Source: Nitratidesulfovibrio vulgaris str. Hildenborough
Lineage (GTDB): Bacteria; Desulfobacterota; Desulfovibrionia; Desulfovibrionales; Desulfovibrionaceae
NCBI RefSeq assembly: GCF_000195755.1
Contig: NC_002937.3
Coordinates: 2,910,001-2,942,000 of the forward strand
Direction of reading: 5' to 3'
Length of the DNA stretch: 32,000 nucleotides
Shown: positions 20,367 to 29,842 of the stretch, one piece after another
Numbering within the stretch: the stretch's first letter is position 1
Layout: each line of letters starts with the position of its first letter
Notes under the pieces: model-generated
The model's input: only the letters and a program-made list of their open reading frames with translations
What the model was told of the DNA's origin: nothing
Database searches by the model: none
Translations under genes and position numbers: made by a program

Positions 20367-22853
20367 ATGCAATGCTGCAACCAGCTTTCGCCCCATGAAC
20401 AGCGCCTTCAGGACAAGATCGAAGGCAAGGTCGACCGCTACCGTGCAACCCACGAGCGCGTGTTCACCATCCTTGAAAGCTTCGACAACACCCGCCCCCG
20501 CATCGACGTGGAGCGCGCCAAGTACTTCACCGAATCCATGAAGGCCACCGAAGGCCAGCCCCTGCCCCTGCGCTGGGCCAAGGCGCTGATGCACATCGCC
20601 GAGAACATGACCGTGTACATCGACGACCATCAGCTCATCTGCGGTCGCGCCGGGTATCAGGGCCGTTACGGCGTGCTGTACCCCGAACTCGACGGCGACT
20701 TCCTCGGCACGGCCATCGAAGACCTGCCCAACCGCGCCGAATCGCCCTTCGCCATCACCCCTGAAGACGCCCGCGTGGTCGTCGAGGAGATTGCCCCCTT
20801 CTGGAAGGGCAAGACCTACCATGAGGCGCTGAACCTCGCGCTGCCCGCAGACGTCCACAAGCTCACCTACGACGACCCGCAGGGCCTCATGTCCCGCTTC
20901 ATCGTCAACGAGACCTCGTCGTTCCGCTCCTCCATCCAGTGGGTGCACGACTACGAGAAGGTGCTCAAGCGCGGCTTCCGCAGCATCAAGGAAGAAGCCC
21001 TCGAGAAGATCGCCGCTCTTGACCCCATGAGCCCGTGCGACAACGTGGAGAAGCGCCCCTTCCTCGAAGCCATCGTCATCGTGTGCGACGCCATCATCCT
21101 GTGGGCCAAGCGCCACGCCAAGCTCGCCGCAGAACTCGCCGCCAAGGAAACCGATCCCACCCGCAAGCGTGAGCTTGAGACCATGGCCGAAATCTGCGCC
21201 TGGGTTCCCGAGAACCCGGCCCGCACCTTCCACGAGGCCGTGCAGGCCCAGTGGTTCACCCAGGTGTTCTCGCGCATCGAACAGAAGACCGGCACCATCG
21301 TGTCCAACGGTCGCATGGACCAGTACTTCTGGCCCTTCTACGAAAAGGACCTCGCCGAAGGCCGCATCACCGAAGACAGCGCCCTCGAACTGCTCGAGTG
21401 CATGTGGGTGGGCATGGCCCAGTACGTCGACCTGTACATCTCCCCCACCGGCGGTGCCTTCAACGAAGGCTACGCCCACTGGGAGGCCGTCACCATCGGC
21501 GGGCAGACCCCCGAAGGACGCGACGCCACCAACGACCTGACCTACCTCTTCCTGAAGTCCAAGCGCGAATTCCCGCTGCACTACCCCGACCTTGCGGCAC
21601 GCATCCACTCGCGCTCGCCCGAACGCTACCTGTGGGAAGTTGCCGAGACCATCAAGGACGGTTCCGGCTTCCCCAAGCTGATCAACGACGAAGAGGTCGT
21701 GCCCCTGTACGTCTCCAAGGGAGCGACCTTCGCCGAGGCCCTCGACTACGCCGTCTCCGGCTGCACCGAGGCACGTATGCCCAACCGCGACACCTACACC
21801 AGCGGCGGCGCGTACATCAACTTCGCGGCAGCGCTCGAGATGGTGCTCTACAACGGCAAGATGCTGAAGTACGGCGACACCGACCTCGGCGCCCACACCG
21901 GCGACCCGTGCGAATTCAAGACATGGGAAGAGTTCTGGAACGCCTACGTCACCCAGCACCACCTGTTCCTCAAGACCGCCTTCGTGCAGCAGCACATCAT
22001 CAACAACCTGCGCGCACGCCACTTCGCCCAGCCCATGGGTTCGTCGCTGCACGACCTGTGCATGAAGCACTGCCTCGACCTGCACACCCCGCAGATTCCC
22101 GAGGGCATCAACCTCGGCTACTTCGAGTACATGGGCTTCGGCACGGTGGTCGACTCCCTGTCCGCCATCAAGAAGCTGGTGTTCGAAGACAAGAAGCTGA
22201 CCATGGGTGAACTCATCGAAGCCCTGAAGTGCAACTTCGAAGGCAAGGAAGACATCCAGCAGCTGCTGAAGAGCGCGCCCTGCTACGGCAACAACGACGA
22301 CTACGCCGACAGCATCGCCCGCGACATCGACGCCCTGTCCGTCAAGTACGGCAGACGCTACTCGCCCGAACTCGGCATGCACAACGACGTGCGCTACGTG
22401 CCGTTCACCTCGCACGTGCCCTTCGGCCGCGTCGTCTCCGCGACGCCCAACGGTCGCAAGGCATGGTCGGCCCTGTCGGACGGTTCGTCGGCCTCGCATG
22501 GTGCCGACGTGAACGGCCCCACCGCCATCCTCCAGTCCAACTTCAACTCCAAGAACTACGGCATGCGCGACCGCGCCGCCCGTATGCTGAACATCAAGTT
22601 CACGCCCAAGTGCGTGGAAGGCGAAGAAGGCTCGCAGAAGCTGGTGTCCTTCATCCGCACCTTCTGCGACCTCAAGCTGTGGCACGTGCAGTTCAACGTC
22701 ATCAACAAGGAGACCCTGCTCGCCGCCCAGCGCGACCCCGAGAAGTACCGCAACCTCATCGTCCGCATCGCGGGCTACAGCGCCTACTTCGTGGACCTGT
22801 CGCCCGACCTGCAGAACGACCTCATCGCCCGCACCGGCCACGACGTGATGTAA
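20367..22853 (+). CDS. iseG: Glycyl radical enzyme of the eliminase class; best fit isethionate sulfite-lyase (C-S lyase), not pyruvate formate-lyase
   Basis: The ATG is preceded by AAGGAGA; 828 aa. The glycyl radical motif is [13 protein letters not shown] (Gly803). The catalytic loop SGCTEARMP (Cys466, Glu468) is the GCxE type with a single Cys. The gene is flanked by a TRAP importer and an activase. The substrate assignment rests on recall of characterised IseG/IslA enzymes, not on an alignment. Confidence 0.85.
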   Translation: MQCCNQLSPHEQRLQDKIEGKVDRYRATHERVFTILESFDNTRPRIDVERAKYFTESMKATEGQPLPLRWAKALMHIAENMTVYIDDHQLICGRAGYQGRYGVLYPELDGDFLGTAIEDLPNRAESPFAITPEDARVVVEEIAPFWKGKTYHEALNLALPADVHKLTYDDPQGLMSRFIVNETSSFRSSIQWVHDYEKVLKRGFRSIKEEALEKIAALDPMSPCDNVEKRPFLEAIVIVCDAIILWAKRHAKLAAELAAKETDPTRKRELETMAEICAWVPENPARTFHEAVQAQWFTQVFSRIEQKTGTIVSNGRMDQYFWPFYEKDLAEGRITEDSALELLECMWVGMAQYVDLYISPTGGAFNEGYAHWEAVTIGGQTPEGRDATNDLTYLFLKSKREFPLHYPDLAARIHSRSPERYLWEVAETIKDGSGFPKLINDEEVVPLYVSKGATFAEALDYAVSGCTEARMPNRDTYTSGGAYINFAAALEMVLYNGKMLKYGDTDLGAHTGDPCEFKTWEEFWNAYVTQHHLFLKTAFVQQHIINNLRARHFAQPMGSSLHDLCMKHCLDLHTPQIPEGINLGYFEYMGFGTVVDSLSAIKKLVFEDKKLTMGELIEALKCNFEGKEDIQQLLKSAPCYGNNDDYADSIARDIDALSVKYGRRYSPELGMHNDVRYVPFTSHVPFGRVVSATPNGRKAWSALSDGSSASHGADVNGPTAILQSNFNSKNYGMRDRAARMLNIKFTPKCVEGEEGSQKLVSFIRTFCDLKLWHVQFNVINKETLLAAQRDPEKYRNLIVRIAGYSAYFVDLSPDLQNDLIARTGHDVM

Positions 22854-22857
22854 CGGC

Positions 22858-22923
22858 GCGGGGCCTCGCGCCCCGCCGCCTTCGCGATCCCATGCCGCCC
22901 GCCTCCCCACCGGGGGCGGGCGG
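22858..22923 (+). other. Two strong GC hairpins in the 176-nt GRE-activase spacer (22858-22876, 7 bp; 22895-22923, 12 bp with one G-U)
   Basis: The hairpins are GCGGGGC-CTCGC-GCCCCGC and CCGCCCGCCUCC-CCACC-GGGGGCGGGCGG. Both were read directly, and neither has a U-tract. Confidence 0.6.
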
Positions 22924-23029
22924 CCCGGACGCGGTCATGCACGGAAGTCGACCGGCGCCGCCACCGACGCGGAACAGTCCACCATCCAGCACCATCAGGC
23001 CCCGGGGCACCGGGTACAACGGACATGAC

Positions 23030-23953
23030 ATGAGCTCCATCGCCGACAGAAAGACCACAGGGATCACGTTCAACATCCAGAAATACTCCGTCCATGATGG
23101 CCCCGGCATCCGCACGGTGGTGTTCCTCAAGGGATGTCCCCTGAAATGCCGCTGGTGCAGCAACCCCGAATCGCAGCGCAAGTCCGTTGAACTGGCCTAC
23201 AACACGGGACGCTGTCTCACTCTCGCCAAGTGCGTCCGTTGCGTGGAAATCTGTACGGCCGGAGCCATCTCCCGCGCGGAGGACGACACCATCAGCATCG
23301 ACCGCGCGCTGTGCAACGACTGTGAGCAGCTGTGCTCCGGCGCCTGCCCCTCCAACGCCCTCATCACCTACGGTGCCCACAAGACCGTGGACGAGGTGCT
23401 TCGCGCCGTCGAACAGGACAGCCTCTTCTACGCCCGTTCCGGTGGCGGCATGACCATCTCCGGCGGCGAACCCTTCGCCCAGCCCGCCTTCACGCTGGCA
23501 CTGCTGCGCGAGGCACGCCGTCGCCGTGTGCATACCGCCGTCGAGACATGCGGCTACGCCTCGTGGGACGACATGGCAGCCGCGCTGCCCTTCCTCAACT
23601 ACGTCCTCTACGACATCAAGAATCTCGACGACGCCCGGCACAAGGAAGCCACCGGCGTCTCCAACCAGCGCATCGTCGAGAACCTGCGCGCCCTGCGCGC
23701 CGAATTTCCGGGAATCCCCGTCCTCGTCCGCACACCGGTCATTCCCGGCTTCAACGACAACGAGGCCGACATCGCCGCCATTGCCGCGCTCACCCGCGAA
23801 CTTGGTGTGTCATACCAGCTGTTGCCCTACCACCGTCTCGGTACCCAGAAGTACCATTTCCTCGACAGGGAGGCGCCCATGGGTGAGGTGACCCTCGATG
23901 CGGAGACCATGCGCAGGCTGGAGGCGGTCGTGGCGCAGACGGCGGACAGCTGA
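23030..23953 (+). CDS. iseH: Glycyl radical enzyme activating enzyme (radical SAM, with ferredoxin-like insert)
   Basis: It has the radical SAM motif CPLKCRWC near the N-terminus, additional clusters CVRCVEIC and CNDCEQLCSGAC, and the SAM-binding motif GGEP. The track ORF from 22229 is an over-extension. The ribosome-binding site is weak. Confidence 0.9.
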   Translation: MSSIADRKTTGITFNIQKYSVHDGPGIRTVVFLKGCPLKCRWCSNPESQRKSVELAYNTGRCLTLAKCVRCVEICTAGAISRAEDDTISIDRALCNDCEQLCSGACPSNALITYGAHKTVDEVLRAVEQDSLFYARSGGGMTISGGEPFAQPAFTLALLREARRRRVHTAVETCGYASWDDMAAALPFLNYVLYDIKNLDDARHKEATGVSNQRIVENLRALRAEFPGIPVLVRTPVIPGFNDNEADIAAIAALTRELGVSYQLLPYHRLGTQKYHFLDREAPMGEVTLDAETMRRLEAVVAQTADS

Positions 23954-24061
23954 ATCTGCCCACAGCCCGGCCAACCCTGAATATCGACATAAGGCACACC
24001 GATGACCCCTCTCTGGCCAGTCACAGGCGCCACCCGACGACCAACTGATCAAGCAGACAAG

Positions 24062-24100
24062 AAAACGTGCCGGAGAAGCTCTCCGGCACGTTTATCTTTT
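24062..24100 (+). terminator. Rho-independent terminator ACGTGCCGGAG-AAGCT-CTCCGGCACGT followed by TTATCTTTT
   Basis: A perfect 11-bp stem plus a T-tract, about 110 nt after the activase stop. It ends the TRAP-GRE operon. Confidence 0.85.
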
Positions 24101-24392
24101 AAAATCAGAATATTAATACAAACGCAGCGCCACTTCAAATCCACATTGCGCCACATTCATTTACATTATATGTTACAACAAGCGTATATTAAAGAATCGC
24201 CTTCAACGTCCTGCGTGAAACGCGTCGCCCCCCTCTCTGCCGCACGTCGAGACCCCAGAACAACACGGTTGAAGAAGATGTTGTGCAGGCTCATCCTGCC
24301 GAACTGCATCAGTGCAGGCATCGGCAAGATGGACATGACACTTCGCATCACGCCATGACGTATCACATGACTGCACAGTATCAAGGCATCAG

Positions 24393-25814
24393 ATGAAAAA
24401 GATCATTGAACATATTGAAAGTATTTTTGATATTCTTAGCGACGGCATCTATATCACCCAACGCGACGGCACGACCCTGCTGGTCAACCGCATGTACGAG
24501 CAGCTGACCGGCCTCTCTTTCAAGGACCTCAGGGGGCGCAACGTTCACGACCTCGTCGCCGACGGCATCTTCGACACCATCCTGAACCCCGAAGTGGTGC
24601 GGACCAAGCGTCCGGCCGTTTCCGTGCAGCACGTCCGGCAGAGCAAGAAGATCATCCTGCGTGGCTACCCGGTCTTCGACGAACATGGCGAAGTCTGCCT
24701 CGTGGTCACGTTCGCCCGTGACATCACCATGATCACGCAATTCCGAGAGCAGATTGCCCAGCAGAAGCAGCTCATCGAGACCTTCAACGACCGTATCGAA
24801 TGCATGCTGCATGAGCAGGTGCGCAACAGCCAGCCCGTCTTCGAAAGCGAAGTCATGCAGCAGGTGCTCGACCTCTTGCAGCGGGTGGCTGCCACGGATG
24901 CCAACATCCTCATTCTGGGCGAGACGGGCGTGGGCAAGGACGTGTTCGCGAGGCTAGCCCACGAATACAGCCCGCGCAGCAGCAAGATGTTCCTCAAGGT
25001 GGACTGTGGCAGCATCGCCGAGAACCTCATCGAATCAGAGTTGTTCGGCTACGTTCCCGGTGCGTTCTCCGGAGCCAGTTCCAAAGGCAAGGCGGGCTAT
25101 TTCGAAATCGCCGACGGCGGTACCGTCTTCCTCGATGAAATCGGTGAACTGCCGCTGCCCATGCAAGCCAAGCTGCTGCGTGTGCTACAGGACAGGGAGG
25201 TCATGCGCGTAGGCTCGTCACAGGCACGCAAGGTGGATGTGCGCATCATCGCCGCCACCAACCGCGACCTCGCCGAAGACGCCAAGGCGGGCAAATTCCG
25301 CAGCGACCTCTACTATCGCCTCAATGTCGCCGTACTGGACCTGCCGCCGCTACGTGAACGGCAACAGGACATCATCCCCCTCGTTGAGCGGTTTCTCGAT
25401 CGCTTCAATGCCAAGTACCGCCGCAACATGACCCTGCCCAAGGGCACACGGCAGGCACTCCAGAACTACAAGTGGCCCGGTAACGTGCGCGAGATGCAGA
25501 ACCTCATCCAGAGCCTCGTGGTGACGTGCGAGGGGCATTCCATCAAGCCGGAGCACCTCCCTCCGCACATACAGAAGGCCGCGCGCAATCGCACGGCATA
25601 CACGCCTCCCGCGCCCGATGACGCCCGACCGCTGAAGGAGATCATGGCAGACATCGAGCGCGAAATCCTCGAAGAGGCCGTGCGTACGCACGGTTCGGTG
25701 TGCAAGGTGGCACGCATGTACAAGATCAGCCGCACCACACTCTTCCGCAAGCTGCGCGGCTCATCGCTCGCCGGGGTCTCGGGGGATGAGGAGCAGGAGA
25801 ACACCGGACAGTAA
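24393..25814 (+). CDS. Sigma-54-dependent transcriptional activator (PAS sensor - AAA+ - Fis-type HTH; no receiver domain)
   Basis: The PAS-like N-terminus is [27 protein letters not shown]. Walker A is GETGVGKD and the GAFTGA-variant loop is GAFSGA. It also has [16 protein letters not shown] and a C-terminal HTH ([16 protein letters not shown]). Confidence 0.9.
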   Translation: MKKIIEHIESIFDILSDGIYITQRDGTTLLVNRMYEQLTGLSFKDLRGRNVHDLVADGIFDTILNPEVVRTKRPAVSVQHVRQSKKIILRGYPVFDEHGEVCLVVTFARDITMITQFREQIAQQKQLIETFNDRIECMLHEQVRNSQPVFESEVMQQVLDLLQRVAATDANILILGETGVGKDVFARLAHEYSPRSSKMFLKVDCGSIAENLIESELFGYVPGAFSGASSKGKAGYFEIADGGTVFLDEIGELPLPMQAKLLRVLQDREVMRVGSSQARKVDVRIIAATNRDLAEDAKAGKFRSDLYYRLNVAVLDLPPLRERQQDIIPLVERFLDRFNAKYRRNMTLPKGTRQALQNYKWPGNVREMQNLIQSLVVTCEGHSIKPEHLPPHIQKAARNRTAYTPPAPDDARPLKEIMADIEREILEEAVRTHGSVCKVARMYKISRTTLFRKLRGSSLAGVSGDEEQENTGQ

Positions 25815-26138
25815 TGGACTGCGAAAACAGCAGGAGTACTGTCTCCCCCCTCTCAGGAGCACGACTTCACCCCTTCTCCTGTTTCACAAGCGCTGTGGAA
25901 CACAAAGGCCACAGCCCATGCCGTGAAACGCAGCCCGGGTAAGCCTCCACCCAACGATTCCTGAAGGGTGCAGCCACACGAGCACGGACGCGCGACGCCA
26001 TACAGGCATTGCACTGCTGTCCCCTTCCACACACGTCGAGAATACCACGTTCTCGACTTGCGTGACGCATTGTCTCATGATGCGCCATCGCAGCGGTGCC
26101 TGACACCTACGCAAGCCCATTGCCAACTGATAACATCC

Positions 26139-26188
26139 CCAGAACAAGAATCCCCCACGTCCGGATACGTGAGGGATTCTTGTTCTGG
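26139..26188 (-). terminator. Long hairpin: perfect 16-bp stem (CCAGAACAAGAATCCC / GGGATTCTTGTTCTGG) plus inner 5-bp stem (CACGT/ACGTG), abutting the CCA end of the tRNA fragment
   Basis: Read directly. On the minus strand it begins at the CCA of the tRNA 3' fragment, like a native tRNA terminator. There is no strong U-tract. Confidence 0.5.
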
Positions 26189-26213
26189 CGCGCCCGGGAG
26201 GATTCGAACCCCC
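26186..26213 (-). other. tRNA 3'-end fragment (T-arm, acceptor 3' strand, discriminator G, CCA) without a matching 5' half; candidate att core
   Basis: The minus strand reads GGGGG-TTCGAAT-CCTCC-CGGGCGC-G-CCA. The required 5' acceptor strand GCGCCCG is absent from the next 90 nt, so this is not a complete tRNA gene. Confidence 0.7.
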
Positions 26214-26282
26214 GGCCAAGAGCTTAGAAGAAGTCTGCTCAAGAACTCTCCGGATTCCTATCTTTCTGAAAACAAGAGTGTT

Positions 26283-27656
26283 ATGAGCGTGTTCAGTACA
26301 AAGCCGTTCGACTGGGAATCCTGCGAACCTCCGCGCAAATGGCAACCAAATGGTAACCGCATGAGTGACCGCAGCTGGCACACAATCCCCGGCAGGAAGG
26401 GGCTGCTCTACAGGGAGCATGCTACCCGCAAGTTCTCTCGCAGGGCCGACCGCTTCTGGGCAATCAGGCATATGGTTGACGGCAAGCGTATCGTCGAGAT
26501 GCTTGGCTGGACATCTGAAGGCTGGACTGCCGACATGGCCGCCACCCTGCTTGCCGAACTTGAGCGCAACGTCAAGCAGGGCCTGCGCCCCCAGACCCTG
26601 AAGGAGAAGCGCCAGATGGCAGCCGAGGCTCAGGCTGCGGCTGCTCAACAGGCACAGCTTGATGCCTTGAAGGACATCACCTTCGGCGAACTGGCCGAGC
26701 GATACGCAGCGTGGGCCAAGTCTACCCGCATCAGCGGGCACAAGATGCAGCGACTGCTTGAGCTGCACGTCCTGCCACGCCTGCACTCCATGCCTGCGGC
26801 CTCGATCACGCCGCAGCACCTCAACGAGCTTCGCTCTGAACTGGAGCAGACCACCCCGTTGCGTGGTCGCGGCAAGGCCGAGGGCCGCGGACTCAGCGCC
26901 CAGACCGTACTGCACTGCCTGAAGGCTGTGCGCGAAGTGTACAACTACGCCCGCGAGACGCCCCACCCCGACTTCCCCGAGCGCATGCTCTACTCCGGCA
27001 AGAACCCTGCCGTGCTGAGCCGGCGCGGGCATGGCGTGCGTCTGCCCCGCAGTGACGCCCGACGCCTCCGCATCCTCAATGATGCCGAGATAAGCGCCCT
27101 GCTCTCCTACCGTGGCCAGAACGTCGTCGAGACCTCCGAACTGCACGACATGATCCTGATATCGCTCGACACCGGCATGCGCGCCGGTGAACTGGTGCGG
27201 CTGCGGACGGAGGACATCGACGTCGACCATGGCACCATCCGCATATACAGCGGCTCGGACGCGGGCATCACCAAGGGTGGACGTACCCGCATCGTGCATG
27301 CAGGCCACCTCTTCGCGGAGAGCATCACCATGCTGCGCCGGCGCGTGGGCTCCCCCGGGCTGCTCTTTCCGGGACGAGGCGGCGCGGTACGCAACACGAC
27401 GGCCGTGAGCCGTGCGATGGCGCACATCTGCGCCACGCTTGGCCTCAATGCCGACGTGACGGACGACCGCAACCGCATCGTATGGCACACCCTGCGGCAC
27501 ACCTACGCCACGCGCATGCTGGAGGCCGGAATCGACATCTACACCCTCAAAGAGCTTCTGGGACACTCCAGCGTGGCCGTCACCGAACGCTACCTGCATC
27601 TGTGCGACCGGGCCAAACGCAATGCAGCGCTGGCCCGGCTCACACGAGGCGAGTGA
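26283..27656 (+). CDS. int: Tyrosine site-specific recombinase (phage integrase family)
   Basis: The catalytic-domain signature is WHTLRHTYATRMLEAGIDIYTLKELLGHSSVAVTERYLH (HxxR...H...Y), with an earlier TGMRAGEL (Arg I). The start at 26283 is the first in-frame ATG after the tRNA fragment. The track ORF from 25968 runs through the att region. Confidence 0.9.
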   Translation: MSVFSTKPFDWESCEPPRKWQPNGNRMSDRSWHTIPGRKGLLYREHATRKFSRRADRFWAIRHMVDGKRIVEMLGWTSEGWTADMAATLLAELERNVKQGLRPQTLKEKRQMAAEAQAAAAQQAQLDALKDITFGELAERYAAWAKSTRISGHKMQRLLELHVLPRLHSMPAASITPQHLNELRSELEQTTPLRGRGKAEGRGLSAQTVLHCLKAVREVYNYARETPHPDFPERMLYSGKNPAVLSRRGHGVRLPRSDARRLRILNDAEISALLSYRGQNVVETSELHDMILISLDTGMRAGELVRLRTEDIDVDHGTIRIYSGSDAGITKGGRTRIVHAGHLFAESITMLRRRVGSPGLLFPGRGGAVRNTTAVSRAMAHICATLGLNADVTDDRNRIVWHTLRHTYATRMLEAGIDIYTLKELLGHSSVAVTERYLHLCDRAKRNAALARLTRGE

Positions 27657-27657
27657 T

Positions 27658-27906
27658 CTACAACTCGGGGACGACAATGTGCCGCACTCCCTTGCTTTCG
27701 AGGTAGGAGACGAAGGCTTCGCGCGGGTAGTAGATCTGCTCGCCGATGACCAGACGCTCTCGCGGCCCGCGCCCGAGTTTGTCGTCGTTCGCCAGCGTCT
27801 TGGGCGACAGCCCCCCGCCGGTGAACCACTTCGAGGCCTTGCGGGCTATCAGGGGCGGCAACTGGGGCACAAGGTTATCCAGCACAGTCTTATCGTTCAT
27901 GGTCAT
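27658..27906 (-). CDS. Small excisionase/AlpA-like HTH DNA-binding protein (putative)
   Basis: 82 aa, tail-to-tail with int. It has a GGGAGGAA ribosome-binding site. The pattern ...LSPKTLANDDKLGRGPRERLVIGEQIYYPREAFVSYLES resembles excisionase-family HTH proteins. Confidence 0.55.
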   Translation of the reverse strand: MTMNDKTVLDNLVPQLPPLIARKASKWFTGGGLSPKTLANDDKLGRGPRERLVIGEQIYYPREAFVSYLESKGVRHIVVPEL

Positions 27907-27964
27907 TTCCTCCCGACGTTAAGGTTATCTCACAGGGCGGCCTGTAACTTCGCCAACAGCCCCG

Positions 27965-28330
27965 TCACAGGGCGCTCTCAGGTCGTCGCGGCATAGACCC
28001 CTGGCCACACTGCGCCTCTTCGCTCAACTCCCCGCGCAGCTTCCTCACGCAATGCGACTTGGCCTTCAGCCGTAGTGCATCGGCCTCAACCCGGGTGCGG
28101 GTGATGGTCAGCCCCCGGTCGAGATGGTCCAGAGCCTCTTCCCGGGTACGCCTCCAGCCGCCCGGCGCGGTCTGCGCCTGACTCTCTTCACGCGAGCCTG
28201 CCCGCACCAGAAAACGCTTGTCGTCGGCAAGCACGACCACGCCACTGGTGATCACAAGCCCCTCGCCCTGACGGGGAAAGAACGCCCTGAACAGGACCTC
28301 TCCCTGCCGATACGGATCATTCTGCGTCAT
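27965..28330 (-). CDS. Hypothetical protein (island cargo)
   Basis: A strong AGGAGGAAGTC ribosome-binding site precedes the ATG at 28330 (MTQNDPYRQGEVLF...). I recognise no domain. Confidence 0.5.
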   Translation of the reverse strand: MTQNDPYRQGEVLFRAFFPRQGEGLVITSGVVVLADDKRFLVRAGSREESQAQTAPGGWRRTREEALDHLDRGLTITRTRVEADALRLKAKSHCVRKLRGELSEEAQCGQGSMPRRPESAL

Positions 28331-28414
28331 GACTTCCTCCTGATTGACCATGCGATGACGAAGCATCCCGCCGCCAGCACCGCGCAGATGCCACACGGAA
28401 CCACAAGCCAGGGG

Positions 28415-28627
28415 TCAGAAAGGTGCGGCATGGGGCACCTCCTCCACCGGGGCAGACAGCCCGAGCGCCGCCCGGTGCCTGTCGCGGACCCGCTTCAGGG
28501 CAAGCCGGGCCGGAAGCAACGCGGCCCTGTCCGCCTGCGTCACCCCGCGCGTCTCAAAGAGGTCATCGAGCGTACGCAACGCCAGATGGGCCTTTTCCGC
28601 GAGTACTGCCGATGGATGTATGGGCAT
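28415..28627 (-). CDS. Small hypothetical protein (70 aa)
   Basis: An internal Met (MPIHPSAVLAEKAHLALRTLDDLFE...) is preceded by AAGGACAAGG. The upstream part of the 146-aa track ORF is Arg/Ser/Gly-rich and not protein-like. Confidence 0.4.
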   Translation of the reverse strand: MPIHPSAVLAEKAHLALRTLDDLFETRGVTQADRAALLPARLALKRVRDRHRAALGLSAPVEEVPHAAPF

Positions 28628-28712
28628 GGCCTTGTCCTTGGCTGAGGTTCCGTCATCCTGAAGCCGGGCGGGAGCGCGATGACCGTCATCGCACCCGCGA
28701 CCGGCCCCGGGA

Positions 28713-28907
28713 TCACTGCCGCCGCACCGCCGGCTCTTTGCCGACTTCTGGCGTACCGATGCGGATGTACTGCCCGTGGAAGCACAGCCGCTTGCCCGCG
28801 GCGCGCTGCGTGACCCACGCGAGGTTGGCCTCTGCTGGCCCTGTCTCGCTGGCAAGGGCCACTGCCACCAGCATCAGTTCGACGGGGTTCGGCTCACGCA
28901 CGGACAT
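28713..28907 (-). CDS. Small hypothetical protein (64 aa), possibly translationally coupled to the upstream CII-like gene
   Basis: The ATG at 28907 overlaps the stop region (28894) of the preceding gene. There is no homology call. Confidence 0.3.
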   Translation of the reverse strand: MSVREPNPVELMLVAVALASETGPAEANLAWVTQRAAGKRLCFHGQYIRIGTPEVGKEPAVRRQ

Positions 28908-29355
28908 CGTCAGACTCCGCCTTCTTGATGAGCGTCATGATGGACTGGAGCGCCTCGTAGCCTTCGGCCCGGATGCGCTTGCTCTCTTCCGCCGTGATTC
29001 TGCCATCGGCGAGGCTGTCGCCCACGGCGGCCATCAGCTCGCCGAACTGGCGCACGGCTTCGATGGCGTCACGCTCTGTGGTGGAGTGCCCCCTGCCCGA
29101 CCGTGGCAGCCTGATGCACACGCACCCCATGGCCCCGCACAGGAAGTCGAGCGCACGACGCGACCCGGTGGCTTGCATGAGCGGAATGAGCTGCAACAAC
29201 CCGAACTTGTGGCCCGGTATGGAGCCGTTCAGCTCGTTCATCAGCGTTGAATAGCCCTTGCCCATGAGCGCGGCGATCTGCTCCGCCTTGTGCCCGGAGG
29301 GGGCGCGCTTCACGTCTTCCTGCAACACTTCGAGGATGGAATCATGGCCTGACAT
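28894..29355 (-). CDS. Phage regulatory protein, CII/CP76-like (putative)
   Basis: 153 aa. The stretches ...LLQLIPLMQATGSRRALDFLCGAMG... and ...DGRITAEESKRIRAEGYEALQSIMTLI resemble the phage CII (CP76) family as I recall it. No alignment was run. Confidence 0.45.
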   Translation of the reverse strand: MSGHDSILEVLQEDVKRAPSGHKAEQIAALMGKGYSTLMNELNGSIPGHKFGLLQLIPLMQATGSRRALDFLCGAMGCVCIRLPRSGRGHSTTERDAIEAVRQFGELMAAVGDSLADGRITAEESKRIRAEGYEALQSIMTLIKKAESDDVRA

Positions 29356-29506
29356 GAGAGAGATGCCCCGCTGTTCTCATTTACTGGTGTGAAGAGATGG
29401 GCCAGCAGTGAGCCTGAAGGTCCCTGTATATGAATATACTTGCGCAAGTTCGGGGTTCGCATGATATCTGGTATGGAACGTGAAATGACTACAGTCTGAA
29501 AGGAGA

Positions 29507-29842
29507 ATGCGAATGCGCATTGCATGTGTGCTCAAAAAGCTACAAGACATCGCCGCTGAAGCTTGCAGAAGCGAAGCTAACGCCCTTGCCCTGTACGCCA
29601 CTGTGGACAGTCTCCTTGCATGGCTCGAACACCAGCACAGAACACTTGGACTGCGCGGCACATTTGGCGAGCGATACGCGAGCATTCGCGTCAGCATGGA
29701 ATACCTCGCTGGACTGCGCGGACCACTGAGCCGTAGCAGGGACGAAATCGCCACTACGATCCGGCAAGACGCACGAGTTCTAGAGATGACCACGCTATTC
29801 GGGCAGCGCCCCGACCTGATGGACGTGGACCTCATCGAGTAG
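29507..29842 (+). CDS. Hypothetical protein, divergent from the CII-like gene
   Basis: An AGGAGA ribosome-binding site fits best with the second ATG at 29513. The composition is protein-like, unlike the Arg-rich antisense ORF 29377..29943. Confidence 0.45.
   Translation: MRMRIACVLKKLQDIAAEACRSEANALALYATVDSLLAWLEHQHRTLGLRGTFGERYASIRVSMEYLAGLRGPLSRSRDEIATTIRQDARVLEMTTLFGQRPDLMDVDLIE

Noticed and set aside
20352-22910. An 852-aa - strand ORF opposite the glycyl radical enzyme gene. Similar cases are 18084..20327 (-, 747 aa), 18278..20398 (+, 706 aa), 9680..11482 (+, 600 aa), 25884..27677 (-, 597 aa) and 15792..16532 (+, 246 aa).
   Set aside because: All are antisense or alternate frames of genes with clear family signatures (GRE, DctQM, AcrB-like pump, integrase, amidohydrolase). 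Their translations are low-complexity (G/H/D/E/R/P-rich) and lack motifs. This is the expected artefact of high GC content.
22892-23029. An upstream in-frame ATG (22892) that would add a 46-aa Pro-rich extension to the GRE activase.
   Set aside because: The extension is low-complexity (PPASPPGAGGP...PAPPPT). It lies inside the 12-bp hairpin. It is also not a feature of activases, whose CX3CX2C motif sits about 30 residues from the N-terminus, as it does with the 23030 start.
26186-26275. A possible complete tRNA (or tRNA-Sec, or tmRNA 3' domain) on the minus strand.
   Set aside because: Only the T-arm, the acceptor 3' strand and CCA are present. The complementary 5' acceptor strand GCGCCCG and a credible D-arm or anticodon arm are absent from the next 90 nt. 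The G discriminator and the G3:C70-type pairing argue against a tmRNA alanine-acceptor end. I kept it as a fragment / att site only.
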